Assembly: GCA_963786955.1 (NCBI GenBank)
Contig: CAWBAT010000006.1
Coordinates: 480,001 to 544,000 of the forward strand
DNA length: 64,000 bases
From: an uncultured Acidimicrobiia bacterium
GTDB lineage: Bacteria > Acidobacteriota > Terriglobia > Versatilivoradales > Versatilivoraceae
Reading direction: 5' to 3'
The position numbers and the translations under genes are program-made. The notes beneath the pieces are model-generated. The model saw only the letters and a program-made list of their open reading frames with translations, was not told the DNA's origin and made no database searches. Each line of letters starts with the position of its first letter. Position 1 is the stretch's first letter. Below are positions 44,081 to 56,023 of this stretch, one piece after another.

Positions 44081-44518
44081 ATGCGTTGGGGACGGTATTT
44101 GATCTTACTGATAACTGCACTGACCTGGTGCTTTGCTATTATTTTCTTTCCCTGGCTCCTTCGCTCCGGATATCCAAAAGTTGCCGTGGCTATTTCGCTA
44201 TTTTTTTCTAAGCTTTGCCACCAGTTCGCCGCTCGATCATTCGAAATCGGGGGTTTGACCTTTCCAGTTTGTTCCCGTTGCTTCGCCTTATATACAGGAG
44301 CTTTAGCCGGGATTTTGGTCTCCCCAATTTTCAGGCAGATTAGCAGGCCACAGGCAATCCGTTTGCTGCTCTTCACCGGAATCAGTTTCACAGCATTGGA
44401 CATTGGCTTGGATGGGCTACACATCGTTTCAAACACGTTTTTCACCAGGGCCATTTCAGGGTCGATTCTCGGTTTGTCTATCGGGATTAGTCTTGGCATT
44501 GGCAATCCAAGGTTGTGA
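44081..44518 (+). CDS. DUF2085-like membrane protein
   Basis: LCHQFAARSF..PVCSRCFALYTG. Confidence 0.8.
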   Translation: MRWGRYLILLITALTWCFAIIFFPWLLRSGYPKVAVAISLFFSKLCHQFAARSFEIGGLTFPVCSRCFALYTGALAGILVSPIFRQISRPQAIRLLLFTGISFTALDIGLDGLHIVSNTFFTRAISGSILGLSIGISLGIGNPRL

Positions 44519-44547
44519 ATTTGAGTGGAAAGCAGGAAAACCTCTCG

Positions 44548-45383
44548 ATGCCCACTGACAAGAGAATGCTTCCCTCCACGTCTTTACTCCGACTCGGAAC
44601 ATCAGCCTGGAGCAATCCGAGCTGGGAGGGGGTGTTCTACCCTGTTGGTGCAAAGGCATCAGACTATCTTGGATTCTATGCTCAGAAATTCGATTGCGTT
44701 GAGATCGACAATAGCTTTTATCGTGTGCCCTCTGCTGCAATGGTCCAAAAATGGGCAGCCGATACGCCTCCTCATTTTTTGTTTACTGCCAAGGTGCCTC
44801 GAATCATCACCCACGATAAGGTGATGCAGGATTGTGGGGAGGATGTCCGTCAATTCCTCAAATCAATCTCCGGGCTCGGAAACAAATTGGGGCCCCTGTT
44901 GCTTCAATTTCCCTATTTCAATAAGCAGGCCTTTAGCAGCCGGCAAGGGTTCTTTAGGAAGCTGAAGGAGTTTCTTCCTCAACTCTCGGAAGAATTTCGC
45001 TGGGCCCTTGAGATCCGAAATAAGGCATGGATCTGCGCAGAATTTTTGGACCTTCTCAGGGAAAACAGGGTTTCTTTCACTTTAATCGACCAGTCCTGGA
45101 TGCCTCCAATTCAGCAGCTCTTTGGAAAGCAACAGCTGGAGACAGCAGACTTCGTTTACATTCGCTGGTTAGGGGACCGGAAAGGGATCGAAGAAATCAC
45201 GACTTCTTGGGATCGAGTGGTCGTGGACCGTAAAGTGGATCTAGAAATTGGGTAAGACCGGTACAAAGCTTCCTTGGAAAAGGGTTGCATGTCTACGGAT
45301 TCTTCAATAACCACTATGCCGGACATGCTCCCGCCAGCCTGGAAATGTTTCGAAGTCTATTACAGGATAGCGATCAGAGCTGA
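44548..45383 (+). CDS. DUF72 family protein (frameshift near 45250)
   Basis: LGTSAWS, VEIDNSFY, KVPRIITH, LGPLLLQFP, YIRWLG and FFNNHYAGHAP. Confidence 0.88.
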
Positions 45384-47520
45384 CGGTGCTGGGATCGGCT
45401 GGGATTTGCGGGTTCGCGGCGGTTTCTTTTGAACCTGGTTAGACTCTTGGGCTAACAATTCCAGAGTGGCTTGGCTGTTTATGGGCCTAGAAAAATAATA
45501 TCCCTGACCGAATTCACAGCCCTGCAAACGAAGTTGATCCGCCTGCAGGGCTTCTTCAACCCCTTCTGCAACAACGTTGAGATTGAGGTGATGCGCCAGA
45601 GACACGATCGTGCGTACGAATTCCAGTTTTTTGGTTTCGGGGCCCATCTCGTGAATAAAACTCCGATCGATCTTGAGCGTCCCAACCGGGAAGCGGTGAA
45701 GATAGCTCAAAGAAGAATAGCCCGTTCCAAAGTCGTCAATGCTCAAATGAACTCCCATTTCTTTCAGGTGGGAAAGTTTTATGAGTCGAAGAATCGGTAT
45801 TCTCCATGAGAATGCTCTCGGTAATTTCGAGGTTCAACAAGTCCGGCGGTAATCCGGAATCCAAAAGGGTACGTTTCACCATTTCCACCAAATCAGCCCT
45901 CTGTATCTGCCGTCCTGAAAGATTGACACTCATATTGAGCGGAAAGCATTCCGGAAATTGCTTGCGCCAGCTGCTCATTTGCAGGCAAGCCTCTCGCAAT
46001 ACCCATTCGCCTAAAGGAATGATCAATCCTGTTTCCTCGGCAAGCGAAATGAAATCTGCTGGAAAAACTAAGCCTTGGGTTGGATGATTCCAACGGACCA
46101 GTGCCTCGAACCCTTTGGTTCGACCGGTCTTGAGGCATACAACCGGCTGGTAAAAGTTCTCGAATTCCCCGCGTTCTACGGCATGGCGAAGATCCGCTTC
46201 CAGCCTCAGCCGCTCTAACGCTCGAGCCCGCATTTTCGTATCGAACATCTCATAACCTCCCCGACAAGCGGCCTTGGCCCGATTCATGGCCATTTCCGCA
46301 TCCCGGAGTAGGTCTTCCGGCCGATCATAACCGGTCACACTCAGTGCAATTCCGATGCTCGCAGAGCCAAAAATCTCCTGTCCATTGATCTGAAAGGGAC
46401 ATTTTAGACTCTCTAAGATCCGATCTGCCACTAACGTGGCATCGCCAAAATACTTGATGTCTTCCAGATGGACCGTAAATTCGTCTCCCCCCATCCGAGC
46501 CACAGTGTCCCCAGGACGCAGGCACGACTGGATCCGCGCGGACAATTCGATCAGAAATTGATCTCCAATCGCGTGCCCCATTCCATCATTGACCGCTTTA
46601 AACCGATCGATATCGAGAAAGAGGATGGCAAACAGATAATCGCTGTGGCGCTTGGCTCGCACCAGTGAACGTCCCAGGCGGTCCATGAAAAGGAGCGATT
46701 GGGTAAGCCTGTCAGGGCATCGGCCATCTTGTTGTGCGTAAAGTCAGACAGAGAACCCGCCACACGTGTCGGATTCCCATCCTTTTCCCGGGCAGCCAGC
46801 CCCTGCGCATAGACCCATCGATAGAATCCATCGCTATGTAGCAGCCGATGCTCACTTTCCCAAAAAGGGGTTTGTCCTGATAGATGAGCGTCGAGTTCGC
46901 CTTTTACTCTGTCCTGATCCAGGGGATGAATTCGCCCGAACCAGGCCTCCGGATCGTTCCCAATGCCTTCCGGTTTGTATCCTAAAATGCCCGCCCATCG
47001 CGGAGAGAAATTGACTTTTCCTGTCTTCAAATTCCAGTCCCAGATGCCGTCTTTGGAACCGGCTACAGCCAGAGTGAAACGTTCCCGGGTTTCTTTCAGG
47101 GCTTCTACGGATTGCCTGCGTTTGATCTGAGCCTGAATTCTGAACAGGGCGAGCGGGACATCGACTGGTGTCTCTATGACCTCATTGGCTCCCCATTGGA
47201 AAATTTCTAGACGCTGCTTCCCTTGTTGATGGTAAAGAACAATGACAGGAAGGCTCATGGAGTCAAAATGTTGGCGGATCTCCTGTAACAAGGCATGCAC
47301 ACTTTCCTGGACTGCGCTGGAGAGACAAATAGGACAAGATCGAATCTTGTCCCGATCGATAATTCAAGGGCCCGGCCTATTTCGCTAGCAAACGTCAGCG
47401 TAAAACCTTCCAGTGCCAGGCGTCCGCCAATTCAGTTTTTTTCAGATCGTCGCCATTGATAACCAGGATCGAGTTTCCGCGGGTTTGCTTTAAACCTAAA
47501 TTTATCGCTGAATGATCCAT
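45360..47520 (-). CDS. Degenerate REC-PAS-GGDEF-EAL c-di-GMP enzyme (frameshifted)
   Basis: PAS motifs DGIWDWNL..IHPLD; DALTGLPNR; DRFKAVND; RMGGDEF; FEALVRW; LEITES; DDFGTGYSSL. Confidence 0.9.
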
Positions 47521-47755
47521 CTTTATTCGAATGTATACGGCTATTAAATTTTGGCTGGCTCGGGCTCTGAATTCGCTATCCGAGTGAAAGGCACAACACT
47601 TACAACTTCATCCGATCGACCGTTGTTCCGGCCTAACATTAAGTAATTGTGCAGGATGTAAGCCGGGATGACACATCATTCCTGGAGGGCGGAGTTCCAC
47701 GACGCCGCAGCGCCCGCTCCACCTCTGCAGGAAGCTCCAAGTTGCCTCAATGAAT

Positions 47756-50531
47756 TTAGCTTTTGGAATACTTAGGAGGAGAATCCGAAGTTGAACCCGA
47801 TGGAGAGAGCCTGTATACTTCAGGATATTTCATGGGATCGCGTCTTAAGTCTGGAAATTCCCCAAACGCATCGACAATGATGACTTCTCCCAAATTCAAG
47901 TCACGAATCGACTTTTCGATCTGAGTCAAGTCACCTACAAGCACGGCGATCGCCTTGTCGCGATTGATGTATTTACTGGCCGCTTCGTTGACTTCATCCA
48001 GGGTAATAGCTTCAATGAACTCGGGGTATTTCTGGATCTCCTCTAACGGCAAGTCAAACGAAACCGGGTCAACAGCTTGATCCACAATTCGGCCTAACGT
48101 CTCAAATCGTTGAGAAAATCCGCGGATCAGGTTAGTTTTGGCCATGTCGAGCTCTTCAGAGGTGACGGGTCTGGAACTATTGATGTCACTGAATTCCTTT
48201 ACCAATTCCCTCAGAGTCTCTCCCGTAAACCGAGTTTGCACCCCCGTAGCCGCTACCCAGAACCCGAGATCGCGCCCAAACGCAAAAGCTGAAGAAGCCC
48301 CATAGGTATACCCTTTGTCTTCACGTAGGTTCAGGTTCAGCCGGCTGGAAAAGGAACCGCCCATCACGGTATTCAATAACTCAATGGCATGATGATCAGT
48401 CGTCTTGCGTTTTGGGCCGACCGAGCCGAGGCGAATCTGAGATTGAGGCGCGTCCTGTCTGTCGACCAGATAGATACGCAGGTTTTTAGGAGGGCTCACG
48501 ATGGGAATCTCAATCTTGGGCACCTCAATCGGAGACCATTTCCCGAGCCAGTCTTCGGACAGCCTGACCGCCTCTTCCAAACGAATATCGCCAGCAAAAA
48601 TAAGCGCAGCATGATTCGGCTTCCAAAACCGCTGATAATATTTTAACAAATGCTCTCGCGAAATTGCCTGAATCGAAGCTTCATTCCCGGCGACTTCTTT
48701 TCCATACGGATGATGAGCTCCAAATAACAATGAACGAAAGAGCTTTCTGGCAATGGAGGCGGGGTTGTTTCGCTCTTGGAGAATATCGTCCAGACGCAAT
48801 TTCTTCTGCCTTTCCAATTCAGAGTCGGGAAAAGAAGGGTTGAGCACAATGTCAGCCATCAGTTCCATGGCTGGCGCCAGATGCTTTTGAAGAGTGTCGA
48901 GACTGACTTCCGAGTTTTCCAATTCTCCGGAGGTCCCGAGAACCGCGCCCATTCGATCCAAAGCCGCCTGGATTTCCAACGCGGAGCGACTTTCGTGCCT
49001 TCGTCAAGCATCTCGGCCGTCATCCAGGCTTCTCCGGGAAACCCCGTCTCATCTCCTGTTCCTCCCGCCTTTACCAGGAGGCCTACCGCTACTTTCGGCA
49101 ACTCATGCCTTTCGGAGACGATGACCCTAAGCCCATTCGGGTAGCTTATGGGTTTTGAAGGTCGGCGGATGAAACTGCTTTTTCTCCCCTATCGACGGGT
49201 GGCAAAGTCCTGTCAATTTCCGCGGCGGCTGGACGCTGTGAATATTCCGGGACAAAAGTCACGACCAACCGCTGGGCTGTATCAAGGTACTGACCCACGG
49301 CCTGCCGAATCGCATCAGCCGAAACACCCTGGTACCGGGCATAGTCCTCTTCAAAATAATTTGGCGCGCCCAGGAATGTATTGTACTGGTTCAGCAGATC
49401 TGACTTGCCTCCAAAACCTCCAATCCGTTCCAACCCGCTGATAAATTCATATTCCTGCTTGGCCTGCTCTCTTAAGAGTTCCTCTTCAGAAGGCCCTTCC
49501 ACAGCAAACCGGCCAATTTCTTCCCTGATGCTTCTCTTTAGTTCTTCCGGGCTTTCCCCTGGCCTTGCCGTAGCAACTACTCCAAACAATCCGGCGATTT
49601 CCAGAGAATAATTGAAGGCGGAAACATCCGAAGCAATTTGCCGGTCATAGACTAACGATTTATAAAGTCGAGAGTTTTTTCCCTGAGAAAGAATTCTCGA
49701 CGCCAGATCCAATTCCGCATCGCCAGCCTGAAAATACCCGGGTGTAGGCCAGACAATGTAGATCCGCTCTTGGGGGACTCGATCAAACACTTCGATTCTT
49801 TTTTCCCCATCCAACCGTGGCACCCAATTTCTGGGTCTCTCCAATGCAGGTCCAGGGGAAAGAGGACCAAAATAGCGATCCACCAAGCGCTTCACCTCAT
49901 CGACCTCAAAATCTCCCGCCACCACCAGACTGCAGTTGTTAGGGGTATAGTACGTGTTGAAGAATTCCTTCACATCTTCCACCGATGCGGCATCCAGATC
50001 CTCCTGAGACCCGATCACGAGCCAGGAATACGGGTGCCCCTTGGGAAACAGATTCTCAAAAACCATTTGTAGCGCGCGCCCGTAAGGAACATTCTCATAA
50101 CTTTGACGCCGTTCGTTCTTGACCACGTCTCTTTGGTTATTGAATTTCTCCTGAGTAAGGGCGTCGGTCAGAAATCCCATCCGATCCGATTCCAACCACA
50201 AAACATATTCCAACCCTTCACGGGGCACGGTTTCGAAATAATTCGTGCGATCGAAACTGGTTGTGCCGTTGACCCCGCCCTCTCGTAAGTTGGCGCCGGC
50301 CTCCTCAACATAAGTGATGTACGCGGCGTCGGCATTCTTTGACCCCTGAAACATCATGTGCTCAAACAGATGGGCAAACCCTGTCCGGCCAGGTTTTTCA
50401 TTTTTCGATCCGACGTGATACCAGAGATTGACGTGAACCACCGGGAGCTTTCGATCCTGATGCAGAATGACTTGTAAGCCATTATCAAGGCGATATTTTT
50501 CAAACGGAATATGAAGTTTTAGTTGAGACAA
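47756..50531 (-). CDS. M16 (pitrilysin-like) zinc peptidase, two halves fused (frameshifted)
   Basis: TGFAHLFEHMMFQGS (HxxEH), VVKNERRQ and FSSRLNLNLREDKGYTYGA. Confidence 0.92.
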
Positions 50532-50546
50532 AATGAAACCTCCGAA

Positions 50547-52185
50547 TTATGGATATACCTTCCCCTTAAGCCCTTTCACAAACCCGCGCAGTATAGGTGA
50601 AATGTCTCCCTTCTCCAAACGAACATCGAGCAGAGTAAAGCCGGACTCCTCCCAGGCGGAAGCGAGGCTCACTTGTAATTCTTTCGGCGTTTTCACTTCA
50701 AAACCCCTTCCCTCCCCATAGTTCGGCCAATTTTCGCAAAGGGCCAAGCGACCGTTTCATTATATTGAGCATGGGGAAAGAAAGACTGAAGCATCTCCCA
50801 GCGACTGTTATTAAAAAGGATGATGATGGGGTTAAGGCCGTATTGGACAGAATGTGAGATTTCGCAGCCAGTCATCTGAAATGCCCCATCTCCCACGAGG
50901 ACCAGCGGCCTCTGCCCGCTGGTAATCTGTAGCCCCATCGCCCCTGGAATCGCGAACCCCATCGTCGCATAAAATGCCGGCGCAATACATTGGTTCGAGC
51001 GGATGTCCACAGCGGCGAAAAGGCAGTCTCCTACGTCGGAGACAACCGGCATTTCTGGATGAAGGTCCAGAAAATCATTTAAGATGTGAATCAGGTGGTT
51101 CACCCGAATCGGCTCGTCCGGAAGGAAAGGCCCAAAAACTTCAGGCGAGAGACTCATTTTCCATTCCGGCAGAAAGCGCTTTTTGGTGGGAAGCACGGAT
51201 GACTCGAGGAGTCGATCGACCAGCAAATCAAGGGGAACATCATGGTAGACATTTTCGTTGATGGTGACATTGCGAGAAACACAAAGGATCGTTTTTGCGG
51301 GGTTAATGGAGTCCGGCGGAATCCCGAGACTGACGTCGGTCATCAAGACACCGAGCATGAGGAGACAGTCTGAGTTTTCGACGATCTGTCGCATGGGCTC
51401 TGGACTGACCGTTCCCAAATAGGTTCCGATGAATTGCTCATGGCGAATCGGGAATGCCCCTCGTCCCAGAAAAGAAGAGGCGACAGGGATCTTGAGCTTT
51501 TCAGCCAGTCGAAGGATCTTATCTTGCAGCTTGAAGCGATGCGCTTCAACACCAACCAGCAGCACCGGCTGCTGACTTGCTTGAAATCGCAGGACAATCT
51601 CATGGCTTGCCTGCTCGAGAGCGCCCTCATTGACCTTCAGTTCCACGTCTCCGAAATCCCCGCCGCACTCAATCTCTGCAAATACCATATCGCGAGGGAC
51701 TTCCAGATAAACAGGGCGTTTAAATTCAGGGCGCAGGCGATCGCCCGGCGGATATGAAGCGAAGCCGTCTGGGGATCGTCCAGGATGGCTCCATATTCGA
51801 CAACCTCCCGGTAGACGTTCAACGGAGTTTCAAATGATTTCACTTGGTGATGAACTAAGATCCCGGAATGTTTCTCCTTCTTCCCTGGCCCGCCGGAAAT
51901 GACAACTAAAGGAGACAATTCCGCGTAGGCGCAAGCGACGGCATTCAGCATATTCAAGCTCCCTGCCCCATAAGTCACGCAGCACACCCCTAATCCATTG
52001 GAAATCCGCGCGGAAGCATCGGCGGCAAAACCGACGGCAGGTTCATGGCTGAGAGTTACCAGCTGAAACCTTCCATAAAGACTCAGCGCTTCGTATAAGT
52101 AGAGCGCAAAATCGCCCGGAATGCCGAAAATCTGCCGGACGCCATTGCCATGAAGTTCATTGAAGAGGAATTCGTAGAGCTTCAT
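50547..52185 (-). CDS. ipdC: Indolepyruvate/phenylpyruvate decarboxylase (ThDP-dependent), frameshifted
   Basis: FGIPGDFAL, SHEPAVGFAAD, VTYGAG, HHQ and the ThDP motif GDGAFQMTG..NN. Confidence 0.85.
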
Positions 52186-52327
52186 TTGTTTTTTCCAGAT
52201 CAGAATATAGAAGGGAATCCGAGGAATCTCAAGTGATTGAGATCGATCTTGTATCGAAAGAACAAGGGCAGTTTAACACACAGAGAGGCGGGCTTTTAGT
52301 GTCTGTAAATATCCCGTGATGAATGCT

Positions 52328-52475
52328 GCGGGTGGCACAGACATGCGCTTTTTGCATGTCTGTGTGAAATGAGATTAGCAATGTCAGAATCAAGGGGGCG
52401 AACATCCACTCGGTTCCTCAAGCCACTTTCCTGTCCAAATCGAAGACATCACACTATGATGTCTTCGACACCCGC
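52328..52475. repeat. REPIN-like element of the GGGTG(G/T)C family
   Basis: GCGGGTGGCACAGACATG..CATGTCTGTG at the left end and TCGAAGACATC..GATGTCTTCGACACCCGC at the right end. Confidence 0.75.
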
Positions 52476-52486
52476 GGTAACCTCTA

Positions 52487-54379
52487 TCAATGAAAAGCGC
52501 GGCTGTCGAGTTTCAGAAAAACTGCATCAAGGTGGGATCGAGCTTCTTTCATTTCGGGTGCTAACCGTATGGCCTCTTGATAGGCTCTTGACGCTCCGGT
52601 GAAATCACGTTTATCTTCCAAGATACGTCCAATCCAGAAGCTAGCCGCGGCTGACGGCGCAATCTGCGCCGCGCGAGAGAAATCGCTCAACGCAGCATCG
52701 AGATTGCCTTGCTGGTACTCTACAGAACCTCTTCCTAAGAAACTGCTCTGCTTATTGGGATTGATTCGGATCGCGGCATCAAACTGAGAGATCGCCTCGG
52801 CTGCTTGATTAAGCTGCATGAGGAGTGCCCCGAGGTTGTTGTGGGCCTGGGCGAGTTCGGTAGGGTCGGAACCGTAGGATAAGGCTGTTTCATATTCATG
52901 TTTGGCTTCATCCAACCGGTTCTGGGAGTGGAGCAGAGTGGCAAGATTGTAGTGCGCGATCGACATCCGGGGTGCGATTTGGATGGCCGCTCTGAAATGC
53001 GGATCTGCTAGCTCGGGGTTCCCCATTTCCATAAGGGCAACCCCGAGATTATCTTCAGCGATAGCGCTCCTGCTCGTTATTTGCACAGCATGGGAGAAAA
53101 GGGTGTAGCTATTCCGCCAGTAGGTTATTTGACGATAGGAAACAGTTGCATAGCCAAAGAGAACGGCAAAGACGAAGCCTAGCGAAATGGCACGACCGAG
53201 CTTCATTCTCGCGGCCAGACTAGCAGCCGACCAAACTACCATGACAAATAACCCAAGGGAAGGAATATAGGCATAGCGATCTGCCATGGCCTGACGGCCC
53301 ACTTGCACAATGCCGATCACCGGCACTAACGTACCAAGATACCAAAGCCATCCCACTAGGAGTTCACGTTCTCTGCGGTAATGCCACACTAAGGCAGTGA
53401 CTCCTATCAGTATCGCTGTCGACAACGCGACTACCCACCAGGCGAGAGAATTTTCCGGATGGGGGTAGAACACAGCCAGGTTGGAAGGAAAGATTTCTTT
53501 AAGGATATAATCTAGATACGAATAGAGTGCATTCTCAATTCTCCAATTCAGGGGGAGTAAAACTGTGCTGCCAATAGCTCCATCTTTATGTTGGGCATAT
53601 ACTGTAATCCATGCACTGGCCACGGACATGGCAAACAACGGACTTTTTTCCAGGATCAGCCCGAAGAGCGGGATACCCGATTGAGATTCTGCCATGGAAT
53701 CCGGATCACCCAAACCGAACCGCCTCAAGGGCCAATAGTCCAATAAGAGAAGCATGAAGGGGAAGGTCACAATCATGGGCTTGGACATAAGGCCCAATCC
53801 AAAAAACAAGATCACGCCGAGATAACTAGCGGCTCCCTTCCGCCGCGTATATGAACCATAAGCCCAAAATGCAAGAAGCATAAACAATGTGCAGAGCAGG
53901 GTCTTGCGGTCGGAGACCCACGCGACCGACTCCACGTTCAACGGATGAAGGGCGAAGAGTGCGGCGACCACAGCACTTTGAGGAAGGCAACCGGTTGCTT
54001 TGTGCAGTAGCAAGAATAAGAGAACCACGTTGCACAGATGCAATATCACATTTGTTAAATGATGGCCGGACGGATTCATCCCGAAAAATTCCACGTCAGC
54101 CATGTGAGAGATCCACGTGACAGGATGCCAGTTGGCTTCCATAGTGGTGCTGAAAGCCCAGGAAAGATTGGCCCAGGAAAGGCCCTGGCGAACGTGAAGG
54201 TTTGAAGTTACGTACGCGGGATCATCGTAATTGATAAAGCCGTTTCGTAGAGAGGATTGATAGAGGATCAGGACAGCCAATGCAAGCGCAACCCCGACCA
54301 GAAATTGTGTTGTGTGCGGGGATCGTATGATGAGCGCAAAAGTGCGTGAGTTAGAGCGCTCAGGCCGGGTTTGTAACAT
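52487..54379 (-). CDS. TMTC-like membrane protein (GT-C-like domain plus TPR repeats)
   Basis: FINYDDPAYV, NWHPVTWISH, FALHPLNVESVAWVS, ADRYAY and C-terminal TPRs (AHNNLG). Confidence 0.88.
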   Translation of the reverse strand: MLQTRPERSNSRTFALIIRSPHTTQFLVGVALALAVLILYQSSLRNGFINYDDPAYVTSNLHVRQGLSWANLSWAFSTTMEANWHPVTWISHMADVEFFGMNPSGHHLTNVILHLCNVVLLFLLLHKATGCLPQSAVVAALFALHPLNVESVAWVSDRKTLLCTLFMLLAFWAYGSYTRRKGAASYLGVILFFGLGLMSKPMIVTFPFMLLLLDYWPLRRFGLGDPDSMAESQSGIPLFGLILEKSPLFAMSVASAWITVYAQHKDGAIGSTVLLPLNWRIENALYSYLDYILKEIFPSNLAVFYPHPENSLAWWVVALSTAILIGVTALVWHYRRERELLVGWLWYLGTLVPVIGIVQVGRQAMADRYAYIPSLGLFVMVVWSAASLAARMKLGRAISLGFVFAVLFGYATVSYRQITYWRNSYTLFSHAVQITSRSAIAEDNLGVALMEMGNPELADPHFRAAIQIAPRMSIAHYNLATLLHSQNRLDEAKHEYETALSYGSDPTELAQAHNNLGALLMQLNQAAEAISQFDAAIRINPNKQSSFLGRGSVEYQQGNLDAALSDFSRAAQIAPSAAASFWIGRILEDKRDFTGASRAYQEAIRLAPEMKEARSHLDAVFLKLDSRAFH

Positions 54380-54425
54380 ACTTAATCACCCATTTTAGAA
54401 ATGAAGACGACCGAGGCCCCGTTCC

Positions 54426-54684
54426 GCAGGTGGCACCGATAGGTGTTTTCTGCATGTCTGTGTGAAATGGCATTCTGAATGACCAAATAGGTTCATCAAC
54501 AATGTAATAGGGTCATCGAAGACATCACAAAGCGATGTCTCCACCACCCGCACTCCCCAAGGGTGGCACAGACATGTGCTTTCTGCATGTCTGTGGGAAA
54601 TGGCATTCTGAATGACCAAATAGGTTCATCAATAATGTAATAGGGTCATCGAAGACATCACAAAGCGATGTCTTCACCACCCGC
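54426..54684. repeat. Two tandem 133-bp copies of the same REPIN-like element
   Basis: GGTGGCAC..CTGCATGTCTGTG.GAAATGGCATTCTGAATGACCAAATAGGTTCATCAA..TCGAAGACATCACAAAGCGATGTCT..CACCCGC, repeated at a 133-bp period. Confidence 0.9.
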
Positions 54685-54801
54685 ACTTGTCGTCGACAAC
54701 TAATTCATAATTGGCATTTTCATTCAGCCAGAATTTGGACCCCTGTTCCATCGATGTTATACTTCTACCGCGTTAGAAACCAATCATGAAAGGGAATCTA
54801 G

Positions 54802-55520
54802 ATGGACCTTACCGCTATTTCCAAACAGCTTACCGACGCGATTGGACTTTCGTCTGCACCGATCGCTCTTTCTTTTCTGGATGAGGTTCCTCGAGGAATC
54901 ACTGGTATTCGACTCGAAGGTCCCATCCGCCTGTACCTTTTGGACTCGTGCCGAAAAGGGTTTATTCTTCGCCGGCGCTGAAGACCATGAGAATTGTCCA
55001 GTCGGAACTCTAACTATGGGTTTTCCGCTCCACGAAAAAGTGATGTCCTCCCTCCAAGAGTTCGTCGCAAAAATGTGTCATGCCTGCCTATATTGGAGCC
55101 AAGGAACCCGAATCAATTCCCAGATACAAGAACGAGAAGAAAGGCATTTTGTATGGCCCACTCGGCATTTTTCCCCAAATACCGGACCTTTGTCTAATAT
55201 GGGTGAACGGCCGCCAAGCCATGCTCCTGGAAGAAGCCTTGGGGACGGTCTGCTGGGATGCCATTCAACGCTCTGAAGCGTTTGGCAGACCCGCCTGCGC
55301 AGCACTGGCAGTTACGCTGAACGAAAACAGAACAACACTCTCGTTTGGCTGTTCCGGAATGAGGACTTTCACCGACATCGGAGATGACATGTTACTTCTC
55401 TCAATTCCGGGAGCAATGCTCGAAACTCTTTCTGAACGGCTTCGGGCAACGATGAGCGCCAACGAGGAAATGCTCTCATTTTACCGGCAACATCGCCAAC
55501 AATTCCCAGCCTCGATATGA
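54802..55520 (+). CDS. DUF169 family protein (frameshifted)
   Basis: PIALSF, PSACTFW, HENCPVG, YGPL, GRPACA and SFGCSGMRTFT. Confidence 0.75.
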
Positions 55521-55735
55521 ATTTCGGGGTTATCGTAGACCGTGACGGTGAGACGAACTGCCAACCGTTGCTGCGGTCTACTTCGCTGCATCTGTTAAAG
55601 AATGGTAACTTTGACCACGGGAAAATTCGGTTGAAACCCGACGATCAGAATAGGCGCTTGTGATGGGAGTCATTACAAGGGCACAGGCGCATAATTTGAT
55701 TTGAAATGATCAATAATACTTTCTAACAATGGAGA

Positions 55736-56023
55736 ATGAAGATGGCTGAACGAATGGTTAAATGTGTCAAGCTGCAGCGTGAATTGCCCGGCCTGGAGAA
55801 GCCTCCCTTTAATGACGAACTGGGCCAGCGAATCTATGAGAATGTCTCAAAAGAAGCCTGGATCATGTTTCGTGAGCATTTGAAAATGGTCATCAATGAG
55901 TACCGGTTGGCCTTAGGGACTGAAGAAGCCAATCGGATCGTCGAAGAACAAACAGTGAATTATTTTTTTGGCCCAGGTTCTGCTCTCCCGCCCGGTTATG
56001 TTCCGCCAAAGACCAAGAGTTAG
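55736..56023 (+). CDS. yggX: Fe(II)-trafficking/oxidative damage protection protein YggX
   Basis: MVKCVKL..GL..PP..LGQRIYENVSKEAW..INEYRL..GYVPP. Confidence 0.9.
   Translation: MKMAERMVKCVKLQRELPGLEKPPFNDELGQRIYENVSKEAWIMFREHLKMVINEYRLALGTEEANRIVEEQTVNYFFGPGSALPPGYVPPKTKS

Noticed and set aside
54426-54684. 133-bp duplication as CRISPR or integron attC sites
   Set aside because: The intervening sequence is itself duplicated, there are no RYYYAAC/GTTRRRY core sites, and no integrase is present.
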